From Guillardia theta CCMP2712 (taxonomy: Eukaryota > Protista > Cryptophyta), in NCBI RefSeq assembly GCF_000315625.1, contig NW_005434597.1, positions 113,912-177,911 of the forward strand: 64,000 bases of DNA, read 5' to 3'. The notes below the pieces were generated by a model. The model ran no database searches. It had not been told where the DNA came from and saw only the letters and a program-made list of their open reading frames with translations. A program made the translations under genes and the position numbers. Below, piece by piece: positions 10,901 to 22,613 of this stretch; position 1 is the stretch's first letter; each line of letters starts with the position of its first letter.

Positions 10901-13383
10901 GGAAGATCGAACCGATCGGCAGCAGCGTGCTCGAGCTCGGAAGCGCCTCGCCCATGGACATACGAAGGTGGGAGGATGATGCCAGAGGTTGAGACTGGGA
11001 GTGAGGAACCTGCTGATGTTGATGAGGTCAGAGAGAAGGAAGAAGGCAAGAGGCAAGTGTAGAGGTAGAGGAGGGAAGAGGAGAAGAGAAACGAAGTGAG
11101 ATTTATACCTGGGAGGAGAGATCGGACATGACGAGGAAACGACTGTCTGAATCCTCTGCCAGGCAGAAATCAGGCGACAAGAAACAACTCTGAGCCTTCA
11201 ACGACTGCTCCATCCAGTTCGTCGACTCTACTCCTCCATCGAGCTCTGGATGCTCATCGACCTCCACTGATCCCCCGGGAAGAGAAGTCGACAGAGGAGG
11301 AGGAGGCGACGGCATGGGAACAGCAACTTCATCTCCCTCTCCGACACCTTCTTCCTCTGCCATTCCTCCGTCTTCGCCCTCCTCCTTGACATTGATCTCG
11401 GGTAGCTGCACATCTACCATCCTCTTCCTCGCGAGATAATGTTCAAGAGCCAGGTCCTCGTCATCTTCTTCACCCTCGTCTACTGCGTCATGCTCCTGCT
11501 CCTGCTCCTGCTCCTGCTCCAGTTCAAGCTCCTGTCCCTCGTCCTCGTTGTCGTCGTCTCTTCCTCCTTCCCTTTCCCCTCCCTGTTCCCCCTCATCGTA
11601 ATTCTCTTCAAGGCGCGTGTCTCGGTCTTGCTTCTGCGTGTACATCGACTCAAAGCTTCCTGGTTCTTTCACAGGCGTCAACCTCTCGTCCTCCATATTC
11701 CCGATGATAAACACTGCATCCTCATTCCCCAGTTTCGCTGCCTTGCGCCACATCACCAGCGCACGCTGCTCGTCCCTCTTCGTCCCGATCCCCTCGTGCA
11801 GACACACACCCACGTTGAACATCGCGTCCGCATCTCCCAGCTCCGCCGCCTGCTCCTCGTCACACCTCTCCTCCTCCTGACAGGCCTTACCTTGGAGTAC
11901 CACCAGCACGCCAGCATCGGGTTCGCTTCCACACCTCTTCCTTCCTCGTAGCACACCCCGAGGTTGAACATCGCGTCCACGTCCTCCTCCTGCGCCCGCA
12001 CCAGCAGCTCCTTGACGCTCCAGCTCGAAGACGCTGGTGCTGGTACTTTGGACGAGGAGGGCAGAGCAGTCTTTTGAGTCACGTCTTTGCTAGAGCTCTC
12101 CCCTCCCTTCACAATCTCAAGCTTTCTTTCCGGGTCACTTCTCTCAGGTAAGGAGCTTTCCTTCTCTATCCTCACCCTTTCACTTCTCTCAGCTAAGGAG
12201 CTTTCCTTCTCTATCCTCACCCTTTCACTTCTCTCATCGTCCTCTGTCCTCACTCTTTCGCTTGCTGAATTCTCTGGAAGCTCTTCAACTGGTCCTTTCT
12301 CATTCAGGATTCCTGTGTGGTGACTGCCGGTAGACACAACACGAGCATCCACCTGCTGCTCAGCCCAGGAGTCTCTATCTCCTCTTCTCCTCTGCGCCTG
12401 GTTCATATGCGCATCATTCTCGATCCTCTCGTGTTGCGCTTCTATGCTCCTTCCCCTCTGATCCTTGCTCTCCGACAATGTCGTGGGCATCGGCGTAAAC
12501 GTTCGGCTGTTTTTGAGAACCTAAGCTAGCAAGTCACTGAGTGGCAGAAGCTCAACGGCTCACCGATCGCCGCGAGCTGGCAGCATCGCTCTCCGCACTC
12601 GAGGAGGGAGAGACTGTTGAGGGAGGGTCGTTGACGTCGAAGAAAGCCGGCCCGCTGACGAGGAACGAAACCTGCAGGTTGTGAGGGACAGCAAAGTTCG
12701 TCCTGCACAAGTACCTTCCTTCCTGGCTCAGGAGAAGATACGAGAAGCTCTTGGCCTCCTCCCACTGCCCAAGGAGGCGCTATCGTCTTTGGTCGTTTCC
12801 AGATATCACCAGCATATGGTTGAGAATGATTGGCTGCCCCTTTGGTCGCCATGACATTTGTGGACCCACGTTGTGATGCCTGAGCATTGTCTGGTCTCTC
12901 TCCCTCTTGATGCAGAGCCCATGGAGGAGCGCTGCTTCCATTGTTTTCATGCCCCTGAGCACTTTCGCGCCTACTACCAGCAGGTCTGATGAGGTTTGCT
13001 TCAGCTTTCTCTCTTGGTGCTTGCGCTACTCTCCCTGCTGGATGCGATGGCGTCCTCGCCTCATCTTTCTCGCCATCATCTCTCTCCTGTCGTCTTGTCG
13101 CAAATCGTCTCCCTTTTCCTCCTTCGCCTTCATCGTAGTCTGTAGCCCATGGCGGCTTCAGCATTCCCGTACCCACATCTCCGCTCGTGCCCACTACGCC
13201 CGGCCCGGAGCCCCTGCCGGAGCCCGGCCGACTGAGTTCGCCTGATTGACTGAGGCGAGCCTGAGATGGCACGCCATGCACATAAGCGAGATTGCTGACA
13301 GCTAGTCCCCGTCCTCCCTCCTCCTCTTCCTCCTCTCCTCCTACTTCTATCCTCCTCTCCTCCTCCTCTCCTATCATCAACAT
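7915..13383 (-). CDS. Large multi-exon protein: PPWA motifs, two Sel1-like repeats, (Ala-Pro)n tract, PUB/PUG domain (apparent 1-nt frameshift), C-terminal YDP..YFDP.T..FY motif; 5' end uncertain
   Basis: Sel1: DVDAMFNLGVCYEEGRGVEANPMLACWWYSK|AAELGDADAMFNVGVCLHEGIGTKRDEQRALVMWRKAAKLG. PUB: LRLMRKYFDNVLSNPRES/KYRR|IPKQNKAFKTRIASCPRSRFLLTAVGW. From the Sel1 region downward, exons join in frame through GT-AG introns (SSQ|VPHSQ..MSMGE; EEIIQL|DAKTSS; PPNQ|ATSPHK; YDPSL|GLYFDPKT). The link to the upstream PPWA exon was not traced base by base. Stop TGA at 7917-7915. Confidence 0.72.
8548..8613. repeat. (AGAGG)n pentanucleotide microsatellite inside an intron
   Basis: Directly visible tandem run. 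Confidence 0.9.
10459..10716 (-). repeat. Coding hexanucleotide repeat (GCTGGT)n on + strand, giving ~39 Ala-Pro dipeptides on the - strand
   Basis: Directly visible; lies in frame within the 9486-10961 minus-strand ORF. Confidence 0.92.
12137..12236 (-). repeat. Coding 45-bp tandem duplication (ERSERVRIEKESSL[A/P]) x2 plus a partial copy
   Basis: Two near-identical 45-nt units visible in both DNA and translation. Confidence 0.85.
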
Positions 13384-13439
13384 CCTGTACTTGCCGCGCT
13401 CCTACATATCCTGCGCTTGTTCCTCTGCCCTCCTTCATT

Positions 13440-15406
13440 ATGCTCCTTTACTTGGCATTATTGCTGTGCAACACCATGCCGACTGCACAGGCTTTTCTGC
13501 TTCAAGCGCGTCCTATTCTGATACCTGTGGGCTTCAAAGTCAGCTGCTCATTTTCCGGTGGCATCAGAATGTCTGCGAGTAGCAACAGACCGCTGAGCAA
13601 GGCGATCGACCCTTCAAAGCTCCTAAATGGCTTGTACACGGACGATGATGTCCTCATCTCCGACCTAACATCGCGGTCACGTGCCAACTGGGCGAAGGAT
13701 CTTCTTTCAGTCGCGAGCTCTCGAGTTCTCGCGCGTATATCGCAGAGGATGACCATCACAACAGCTTGGGCAGCATACGTCACAGCTCTCATCACCTGGG
13801 GAGATTACCTCGCTCCTCCTTCCTGGGGGAGTTTCACCCAATTCACCGTTCCTGGCTGGCCCCATGAGCTTGTGGGGGCCTTTCTCTCCATCCTCCTTGT
13901 CTTCAGGACTGATCAGGCGTATGACCGCTTCTGGGAGGGCAGGAAGCAATGGTCTTCACTGAACAGTCAATGTCGGAGCATTTCGAGACTAGTGCTGTCG
14001 AACCTGCCTATTGGAATGGCCCAGGAGTTCTTGTCGCTGGTTGCTCTGTTTCCTGTTGCCTTGAAGCAACATCTTCGAGGTGATAGGAACGAGAGAGAGC
14101 TGGCGGCTGTCTTCCACCTGTTCCAACCCAAGAATGTGAAAACCCTGGAGATTGTGTTGGAGTCAAAGAACATGCCCATGACTGTTGTATGGTGTATGTC
14201 TCAGCTATCAGCACCACTAAGAAAGAACAGAGCCTCGCGGATCTTCAACTACGAGGTGTTGTGGGAGGAGATGGAAGAGAAGCTGTCGGAGCTTGCGGAC
14301 ATTGTCAGCCAATGCGAGAAGATAAAGTGTACGCCACTGCCTCTCAGTTACTCCCGGCACACCAGTCGCTTCTTCTCTTTGTTCTTGTTCTCGTTGCCGC
14401 TGGCCCTAGTGAAGGAAACGTCTCCGCTTCTAGTGCCAACTATCGTCCTCACCACGAGTTGGGTCTTGTTCGCCACAGAAGAGATTGGCCACATCATCGA
14501 AGAGCCTTTCGGCACCATCGACAGCAAGTCGGCTGGTCGTCGTACCCAAAGGCAATCTAGCATCATGGTAGATCTCGAGATGTGGCGACTCGTGCTGAAT
14601 TGATCTTGATGTCCAGGATGTCAAGGTCTACTTCGATAAGGTTGACCTCGACGGTGACGGGTTCATTACTGTGCGGGATATCACGGAGATGCTCCCAGAC
14701 ATTGTCGGGATGAGCGTTTCGAGCTCGCAGGTGAGTTCATCACTCTCATGGCAGGGACATAACGGTCTTCAGGCTGAGCAAGTGCTGTCACGCCTGGACC
14801 TAAATGGAGACAGCAGAGTTGATTTCGAAGAATTCCGCCTTATCTGGGCCTTCATGAATGGCAGTCCTAGACTGGACCGGGTGAAAGAAAAATAGCCCTG
14901 CGTGCACGAAGAGCTGATCACTTCTCAGCTCGAGACTCTGCCGTTGAGTAAGTATTGCGATGCGATCCTCCGGGAACTCTTCTATCTGTGGAGAACACAA
15001 CAATGTTCGGTGCTGCAAGAGACCCTAAGCGATGCTCGTCTCGATGAGGACGCGATCAAGCTTCTTGGTTTGGGTATGTTACCAGTATGAAGACAAAGCT
15101 GTTGAGCCATTCGTAGATCCCAATGCAAGTTCTTCAAAACCTGGTGGGTGGGATAGAGCAGCAGTTTGTGCGTGGGCAAAAAATCTGGGCCTGGAGGAGG
15201 CTGCAAGATTGTTGGAAGCCAATGACGTGGATGGCAAGGTGAGGATTACAAAGGACATGAGGCGTCGGTTGTCAGTGATACTCCTGCAGATACTTGTATC
15301 CTTGAACGAAGAAGACTTGATCGAGATGGGCCTTGATTGTCCCAAAATCCGTTCTCGACTTCTGAATTCGATTCCTGAAGGACTAAGACAGAAACAAGAT
15401 TCATAG
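13440..15406 (+). CDS. Plastid-targeted bestrophin-like anion channel (UPF0187 / VCCN / BST type) with inserted EF-hand pair and C-terminal SAM domain
   Basis: Leader MLLYLALLLCNTMPTAQA-F followed by a Ser/Arg-rich transit peptide. Bestrophin motifs LSILLVFRTDQAYDRFWEGRKQW, CEKIKCTPLPLSYSRHTSRF, EEIGHIIEEPFG and LPLSKYCDAI. EF-hand loops DLDGDGFITVRD and DLNGDSRVDFEE. SAM-like WDRAAVCAWAKNLGL..LEANDVDGK|ILVSLNEEDLIEMGL..IRSRLL. Introns at 14568-14616, ~14731-14772, 14881-14928 and two more. Confidence 0.85.
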
Positions 15407-15446
15407 ATGGGGGGATACAAAAGTGCAATATTATGTACAGTAAATT

Positions 15447-17221
15447 TTACACCCAGTCTCCTTCTCGCAGCTTCCTTGGGAGATATTCTTGAGTGAGGTA
15501 TTGGAATCCCTTGCTTGTGAATGCCTCTGCGCAGACCAAGTAAATCCCTCCGAAGCACAACAAGAAGATCATACGAATTTCTGCTTTTTCCTTTCTCGAA
15601 AGCAGAGTTTCCAGCTCCTAAAAAATGTTTCAGTACAAATAATTGAGGCACTCACATTGCACCTTAACCCAAGCTGATCGTTTCTGAATGTAAGGCTTCT
15701 CTTTTAGACTTTCAGCAAAGCTCACGTCGTGGGTGGTCAGTTCCAATCTATTCTTGAAATGTAACCACAAGAAATCCATCATCAATGATTTACCTGCATT
15801 CTCGTGGAACATTGTACTTGTCCAAATCCGAGGGACGGACTCCCAGCCACTTGATATCAGGCGTAGCGAGATTTGCGCTGTCGTGAGACATTGCCTCCGA
15901 ACCTTGCATGTAAACCGAAAGAATCTTCAACCCATGGGCATCACTATCAAACAATCCGAGAATTGGGATCTTGAGAGCATCCTTGACTCTCCTCAAAAAC
16001 ATTCTTGTAGCCAAATCTGCTTCGCCTTTGCCCTGCATGAAGCTGGTAAGATTCGGGAGATGACTGCACTCGTGCCGCAATGACCGTAATTATCACGCAA
16101 GGATAAGTATTGTAGAATCTGTCTTCTGCCAAACGTTGAAAAGCTGCATCTTTCTCAACTAGAAGGATGAATTCTGCTGGCCTGAAAACAAAAGATCACT
16201 AACTGTCAATCAAAACGACACAAATGTGATGAAGACAATCATGTTCATTTACCGGTCATAGTCTGACTTGATGTTTGAGACCCTGTCGAGACGAGCATGG
16301 TTTACACTTCTGAGGGTAGAAAGAAGCAAATCACCGATCCAAAAATGAAGGGATGTTCTTTCCACTCCTTCCCATCTTTGTACAATCAATGAAGTCGTCA
16401 TCATCATTGAACTGCAATCTTCCAACCACAAGTCCTTTTTCAGATGCCGTGACCTTGTAAAGAATAATCCAAAATGAGAACAGCTGCATAGATATGGCAG
16501 AAATAACCTGCAGACTGTGACGAGTACATCCGAACATCAGTGAAAGTTCCTCCAGCACTGCATCACTGTTCTGCTGCTTCTCGAACAGCTTTACATCCGC
16601 ATAGAACAGATCACGTTTTGTGCTGTGAATTGCAAGTGAGAGGAGCTTCGCGGTAGCGCCAGGTGGTGAGGCAATGCACCTGTGAATGTTCTTCTTCGCC
16701 AATTCATGCACCAACTGCATGAGGCGGGTCATCATCGTCGTTCGCCTGAAGGCACATCATCCAAGGACCGTCTCGCAGCTCTCTCTCGCGTACTTGACTT
16801 GAGAGGAATCAGCAAACTGTCGCTTCATGGCCTTGTACTCAAGATAATTCCTATCAAGCTCGGGCACGAACTGGACATTGGTAGCACTGCCTCGCTGAGC
16901 AAAGGTAAACGCCAGACCTGCACATCAATCTGAGGACGAAGGAGAGGCAGAAACAAACATTCAATCATGACAGAGGTCTATACCTCGGCCATCGAGAATG
17001 GAAGCGACAGCCTGGCATGCGACAAGTTCAATGTTCTTCCTGACTTCTTCCGGGCTCTGATCGGACACTTCGAAGAGGTTCGTATATCCCAGCTCCGAGA
17101 CCGAGGAGGCTGCTTGTGAGGACTGTTGGAGGTGGCGGGCAAGAGTTCTGACTTCCTTGAGCGTCTCCTCCATGTCCTCTTGCGACATGTCCGCCGCTTC
17201 CGCTCGCCGCTTCTTGGACAT
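15447..17221 (-). CDS. TOP6A: DNA topoisomerase VI subunit A (SPO11-3 / TOP6A clade); multi-exon
   Basis: [13 protein letters not shown] (catalytic Tyr), [83 protein letters not shown] and [30 protein letters not shown] are diagnostic of plant/algal SPO11-3. Confidence 0.93.
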
Positions 17222-18360
17222 GACCAGGCCGAAAAACGCGGGAAATCCCACCCGTCCAATTAACGTTAAAACAAATAACATTAAATAGTTGAATTATTGA
17301 TAATATTTCAAAAGTAATGTTAAATGCCCCTAACGGTGCTGCCCTCTCCACCCCGCAAACACCAATTTATACCACCGGTAGTAGAGGGAAAACCCACCCT
17401 ACCCTCGAATCATCTCTATCAGCAGTATCGAATTGAAGGTGGGGGTACTCAAACAGGTGGTGGGTACGGGTAAAGTTTGGGGTAGTGTGCCAAGGGGGTA
17501 ATTCGAAACAGGGGTGCAAATCGAAGTGTGGTGGTAGGTTGACGGGGAAAACAGGGGGTAGGGACGACAGGTAACAAAAGGACTACGGGGGTACTGGGCT
17601 TTGGGAGTTGGGGAGGGGGTAGGGGGTGGAGATGGACGGGTTCGATATACCAGTGGGGTACAGTCTTGACTGAAGAATGGCAGGAGACGACGCGAGGGCG
17701 AATGCGGAGGCGGGGGAGAAGGAGGAGGAGGAGGAGAAGGAGGAGGAGATGTGGGAGGAGATCATAGAGATTACAAGATGAAGTTGGATCACGAGATAGA
17801 ATCAGAATGAGATAATGAGCAGAGCGAACAGAGAGAGGAAACTCTGCGTTGGAGGATTGAGAAACAATGAACAAGATGGCTTTCTGTGATATTCAGGACG
17901 CGACGGATGTGGCATGATAGCCAAGATGATTATGAGTGGATGTTCGGATGATTTGTAAGATGGAGTTACGTAGAGCATGGTTTGAACAAGGAGTGCAGCT
18001 GGATTAGGATGTTTTATTCAGCTCCTGAAGATTGTTTTACGACAATGAGACACCGAGGGCACGAGCAATAATTGTAAGAGGAGGATACCAAGTACACGTT
18101 AGTTTGTCCTTGAAAACAAAGGAAGAGGATGTCGCTTGCTAGACAGAAACACAAATTCAGGCAGTGCCCAATGACTGCTCCTCGCCTCCAACGTGCTTCA
18201 CAACGGGCTTATTTGATAGTAGAACTGATGACTTGGTATCGTTCTAGGATGAGGATTATTCGATCCGTCTCCTAGTTCGTGTCTACGATGAGTAGACTAG
18301 GAGGTGCTTGACACTGCACCTTGATCCGTGAGGGTGGCGAGCTCTATAGTACAAATCAGC

Positions 18361-21300
18361 ATGGCTCCGGAGTTGAATTGGAGCAATGAAGAGTGGCGGA
18401 GGTTGCAGACCTCTCTCTTTGCGGTGAGTTTGATCACCATGGTGTCTGTCTGCGGCTGGAAGCACTTTCTGTGAGGTGTGAGAGCTTTTGTACATCGCAG
18501 GTAACAGGCTCGACCAGAATCCGCCTGTCGGAGTTGACGCAGGAGCAATGGGAGCAGGTCTTCTGAGCTTGCTGGTTCCTTCCAGACTCAAGCAGAAACA
18601 CCCTGACAGGTAGTACGTGACACTCGGAGGTCCCGAGAGGACATCGATGCTGCTCTAGACGCGATGCTGAAGCGACAGGTCAAGAAGCCGCTGACCCTTT
18701 CACATGCTGCTTGCTTACACGGTTGCAGGACCTCCCTGGTGGAAGAGTACCTGTCCAGACCACCGAGAGGCTCTTCAGAGAATCGGTTTCTTGTTCCTGC
18801 GTCTGTGCAATCAGCCGCTGACCTTGGGGCTCGTTGCAAGATTCCTTTCCTCCGAGATCTGTTCTCACAGCCAAAGGAGGAAGGGCCTTCGGTGCCCACC
18901 CCGCGGCTCGAGAAGATCCTTCTTGCGATAGAAAGTTTCAACTTTGCCACGTTGCCCTACGATGACCTGTTCTTGGTCTGGGATGTGAGCCCTCCTGCCG
19001 TCTCTTGATCCTGCTGAGCTCGTTGATCCCTGCAGAGGATCGGCAGGAGTCAAGGTCTCATCCGAGGGCACGAGTGCGTGCGCTGCGTTTACTCTGTGCT
19101 GGGTCAGATCACCCACACTCAGGTAAGGCTCCATTTGCCTGCCTCTCTCCTCGCTGCTGTGCTCATCCCTTTGCTCGCGTCCTCCCTGTCACCTGCGTGA
19201 GCTCAGCTTGTCCTGCCTGTTCCTTCCGTTGTTGCCTCTCAGGCTGAGGCTAAAGCCTCTCCCCCTCCTCTCCCTGACGAATGTGTCTGCGATGACATGC
19301 GAGCAGGTGCAACGCATGGACGCATCCGCCCAGAAACAGCACAGGGCATCAGTGACGGAGCACAAGATTCTCAATCCGCCTGCCCGCCGCCATGGTTCAG
19401 ACCGAAATCAAAGTCACTGCAACCAAGGAGGGAGGGAAGAGGCAGGAGGAGGAGGAGGAGGTACATCACACGAAGGCTCCAGGAGGAAATCAGTGGAAGA
19501 GAATGTAAATCGTTCGTGGCAACTGCGTCGAATCAGAGGAGAGGGTGCTGCAGAATTTCCTCCTGCTGCAGCAAAGCGAAGTGAAGGAGGAGGAGGAAAC
19601 GTAGTGTGGACAACGGACAAGCTGAAGGGAGACAACAGCAGTGCTTCACTGAAGCTTGCGCGCCCGTCGTCGGCCAACGCTTCCCAGGTATGCTGTGCAT
19701 GTGGGAAAGGAAGCATCTTACAATCAGATGCAGGCGTCGAGTAGGAATTCTCGTCCGGCGTCAGGTGGAAGCCTGCCGGAGAATGGCAGCAAGGCGACAG
19801 AAGGGATACAAAAGTCCAAGGTGACACGCATGCGCTGGGGAGGACCCGGGGGGGGAGGGGGGGGGAGGGGGGGGGGGGGAAAGGAAAGAAGTCCCGAGGG
19901 TCGAAGGAGGAGGAGTGGAGGAGTGGAGGTGTAAAAGTTGTTGACGTTGAGGAGCAGGTGGAGGATCAGCGTAGCAGTCAGAATGTGACGATCTCATGGA
20001 CTTTTACAAGCCGCTTGACACTGAGATGCTCAGGTGAAGAGGCAGGTGGGAGGTGGGGGGGGGAAGACCAAGGGGTCACCGGATCCGAGCGAGGCAGCTG
20101 GTAAAGATGATTTCCCAGCTGCTACAGAGATTGAGAGAGTGCGTGAAATTGAAGGGTCGGGGAAGGTCGGGGATGATGAGCTGACGACGAGGAACGAGGG
20201 GCACGCGAGCGACGGAGGGAGTGAGGATGAGGCACCTTCATTCTCCTCCAGCTCGTTCTCCGCTGCTGCAGCTGCTGATGGGCAGGGCAACGACGGTCTC
20301 CTGCTCGGGTCCAACGCGCTGTTGGGTGGAGGGAGTGTGGCGTGGTCGAGGAGGAGGCTCCGCGAAGTCTCTTCGGTGGGACAAGAGGGAGGATGCAGAA
20401 CAGCTAAACTCTCCTGCAGGAACGAAGGATGCCAGAGCAGAAGCCGATGCTTCCTGTAGCGAGCGGAAAGGGAGGGAAAGTCTCAGGTGCAGCTAGTGAA
20501 GTCAAAAGAGGAAGAGGAAAGTTATCGACACGGTGGCAGGCCTTGCTGGAGACCCTGAGATCATCTTTAACCTCGGTGGCCCCATCCTCTTCACCGCCCC
20601 TCACAGCCTAAACATCGTCCGAGGAGGAAAGGTGCGCGTGTCCGTGGCGCAAGAGTGAGGGTTGATGAGAGGGCAGGACGGAGAGCGGAAGAGAATTCAC
20701 AAGAGAGAGAAGTTCTCCTCTGAGATCGTTTTGAAGCTTGCCGCCTTCCTCGAACCTTACCTGGGAAAGGTACTGAGAGCCCCTCCTTCTCCTCCTCCTC
20801 TTCCTCCTCCTCCTCACCCTCCTCCTCCTCCTCCTCCTCCTTGCTTCTTCACCTCCTCTCATCTCAGCGCTATGTCCTCGCGTCTGAGGGTTGGGGCCTC
20901 CAGCCGGCCTCCTACATCATCTGGAATCGCATGGTGGCGAGGAAAGGAGACCCTCGGCATCTTGACCCCAACTATCTCACTCAGGTCTGTCTTTGCCTCC
21001 CCCTCCTCTCCTTCCCCCTCAAACGTTTTCGCCTCATTCCCCGACCTCCTGCATGCTATCTTCCCATCCCCTTGGGTCTTCATCGTATCCACTTGCATTC
21101 GTAGTTTGCCTCCTTCGCCGCCTCCTTCCCTCAAGCGACCTCACTCTTCTCCAACTCGACTCCTCCGATATTTCTTCCCCTCATTCCCTTGCGACTCTCC
21201 GCTGACTTGCCTGCTCCTCTGCCTTCCTGCTCTCTCTCTGCTGTTTCTCTTCCTAACTCTGGATGGATCGCTTCCGCAGGCTCAGTCGCCCTTCTCCCCG

Positions 21301-22535
21301 TGGCATCACGCCCTCCATCTCTTCAAGGATCACTGGCGCTCGAGCAGGGAGAAGCTCAACCGAGAGGAGCAGCAGCTCCCGCAGGACAGCAGCGAGAGTC
21401 AGAGAGTTGGAGAGGACAGGAGAGAAATCGCGGGGAGTCGCGCAGTGGGAGAGGAGAAGAAGGAGTCAGCAGGCTCACTCGCGCCACCTGCGCCCATCTT
21501 TCACGTGGATATTCACGGCAAGATGGATCGCAAGGACAACCTCGACTTGGATATCGGTCTGTCGTCGCTGCACAAGAGGACGGGGGAATGAAGTCATGAC
21601 GTTTCCCCAGGCATGGGCCCGATGGAGAATTGCTGGGCTGCAAAGGGAGACTCCGAGAAGCATGCAGAGTTCGTCGCACTCAAAGAGGTGGGGAGAAGAG
21701 AAGACGAGTAGAGGGAGGATGAGGAGAGGGAGAGCGGAGGACGAGGATGAGGACGAGGATGAGGACGCAGACGAGGAGTTAAGAGTAGGGGACGTTTGAC
21801 CATGTTGTGCAGCATCTCGCTTCGGGGATGCGAGAAGCGTTCAAGGGGGTGAAGGGGAAGCATTTTCTGGTGCATGGAAAGATGGTTAAGTTGGAGCAAG
21901 GACACAGATAGGAGTTGACGCGATCTTCAGATGCCCATGACTGTGGAGGAGGATCCGTACCTGAACGCCTACTGGGGGGGAAGGTAAGAACGAGTTGGAA
22001 ACGAAACTTTTCTCAACTTCCAATAGCACATTCGAGACGATCTCACATCAATCTGTCAACCTGAGAATCCCGGTAAAAATCAGCTTTATAGCTGAGATAT
22101 TGCTGATTTTGACTCGTTGTATGTTGTATCGTCTCCACCCTCACTCCCTTGATCGTTTTTCACGTTCTTCTGCAGGCAATCCAACTTGAAATCCCGCTAA
22201 CAATGCGACGAGAGCTTGTTCGCAATGACGATCTCTTCGGGTTGATCTCTCTTCTCTTTCCTTCTTCTTGTCTCCTCTTTGCATCCTCCTCCGCAGCCTC
22301 AACCTCATCAACATCAAAGATTGTTTCTTGTCCTGCTCTCCTTCTTGCTCACTTTCTGATCTTTGCAACTGGGTTGACACATGCATCACTTTCTTGTTCC
22401 TTGTCGCCCCTCCTGATCCTTGGCAGGCGTTTTGCCCTCGCCATCTTCCACTCCTACAAGTACATGGTCAGCTCCTTCAAGAGCTGGGAGGAGGACGCAA
22501 GTTCCTCGCCGCCTGTCTGCGGCTGCGCGCGGTAA
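18361..22535 (+). CDS. Multi-exon gene (possibly two genes): uncharacterised, weakly Myb/SANT-like N-terminus and disordered linker, then an N-formylglutamate amidohydrolase-like Zn-hydrolase domain (~20560-22535)
   Basis: Plus-strand GT-AG introns throughout. Motifs in family order: ILFTAPHS (20584), HKREKFSSEI, DPNY, FHVDIHG, TISHQ, AIQLEIP..MRRELV. N-terminal exons read WSNEEWRRLQ..EQWEQ..RSREDI. Confidence 0.6.
19847..19879 (+). repeat. Poly-G tract in an intron (G-quadruplex-prone)
   Basis: About 30 G residues interrupted by two single A's. Confidence 0.85.
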
Positions 22536-22613
22536 GCGATGAAGAGCACGAAGAGACCTGACGGGGGTGCAGACATCTGACAGGGGAGAGGACGGCTGAG
22601 ATCCGCTCGCAGC

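Noticed and set aside
13436-13442. Back-to-back start codons (CAT-T-ATG) implying divergent genes 1 bp apart
   Set aside because: The minus-strand ATG at 13438 opens a frame not shown to connect to the Sel1/PUB gene, whose true start is unresolved.
15447-17221. Meiotic SPO11-1/-2 as evidence of sex
   Set aside because: The motifs ([27 protein letters not shown]) match the SPO11-3/TOP6A clade rather than the meiotic paralogs.
17300-18130. Possible decayed transposon or LTR (also the similar-looking 1-430 region)
   Set aside because: No terminal repeats, target-site duplication or transposase/RT motifs could be identified by eye.
18283-19997. Minus-strand gene suggested by several ORFs
   Set aside because: Splice signals and coherent exon chains lie on the plus strand; the minus ORFs are shadows.
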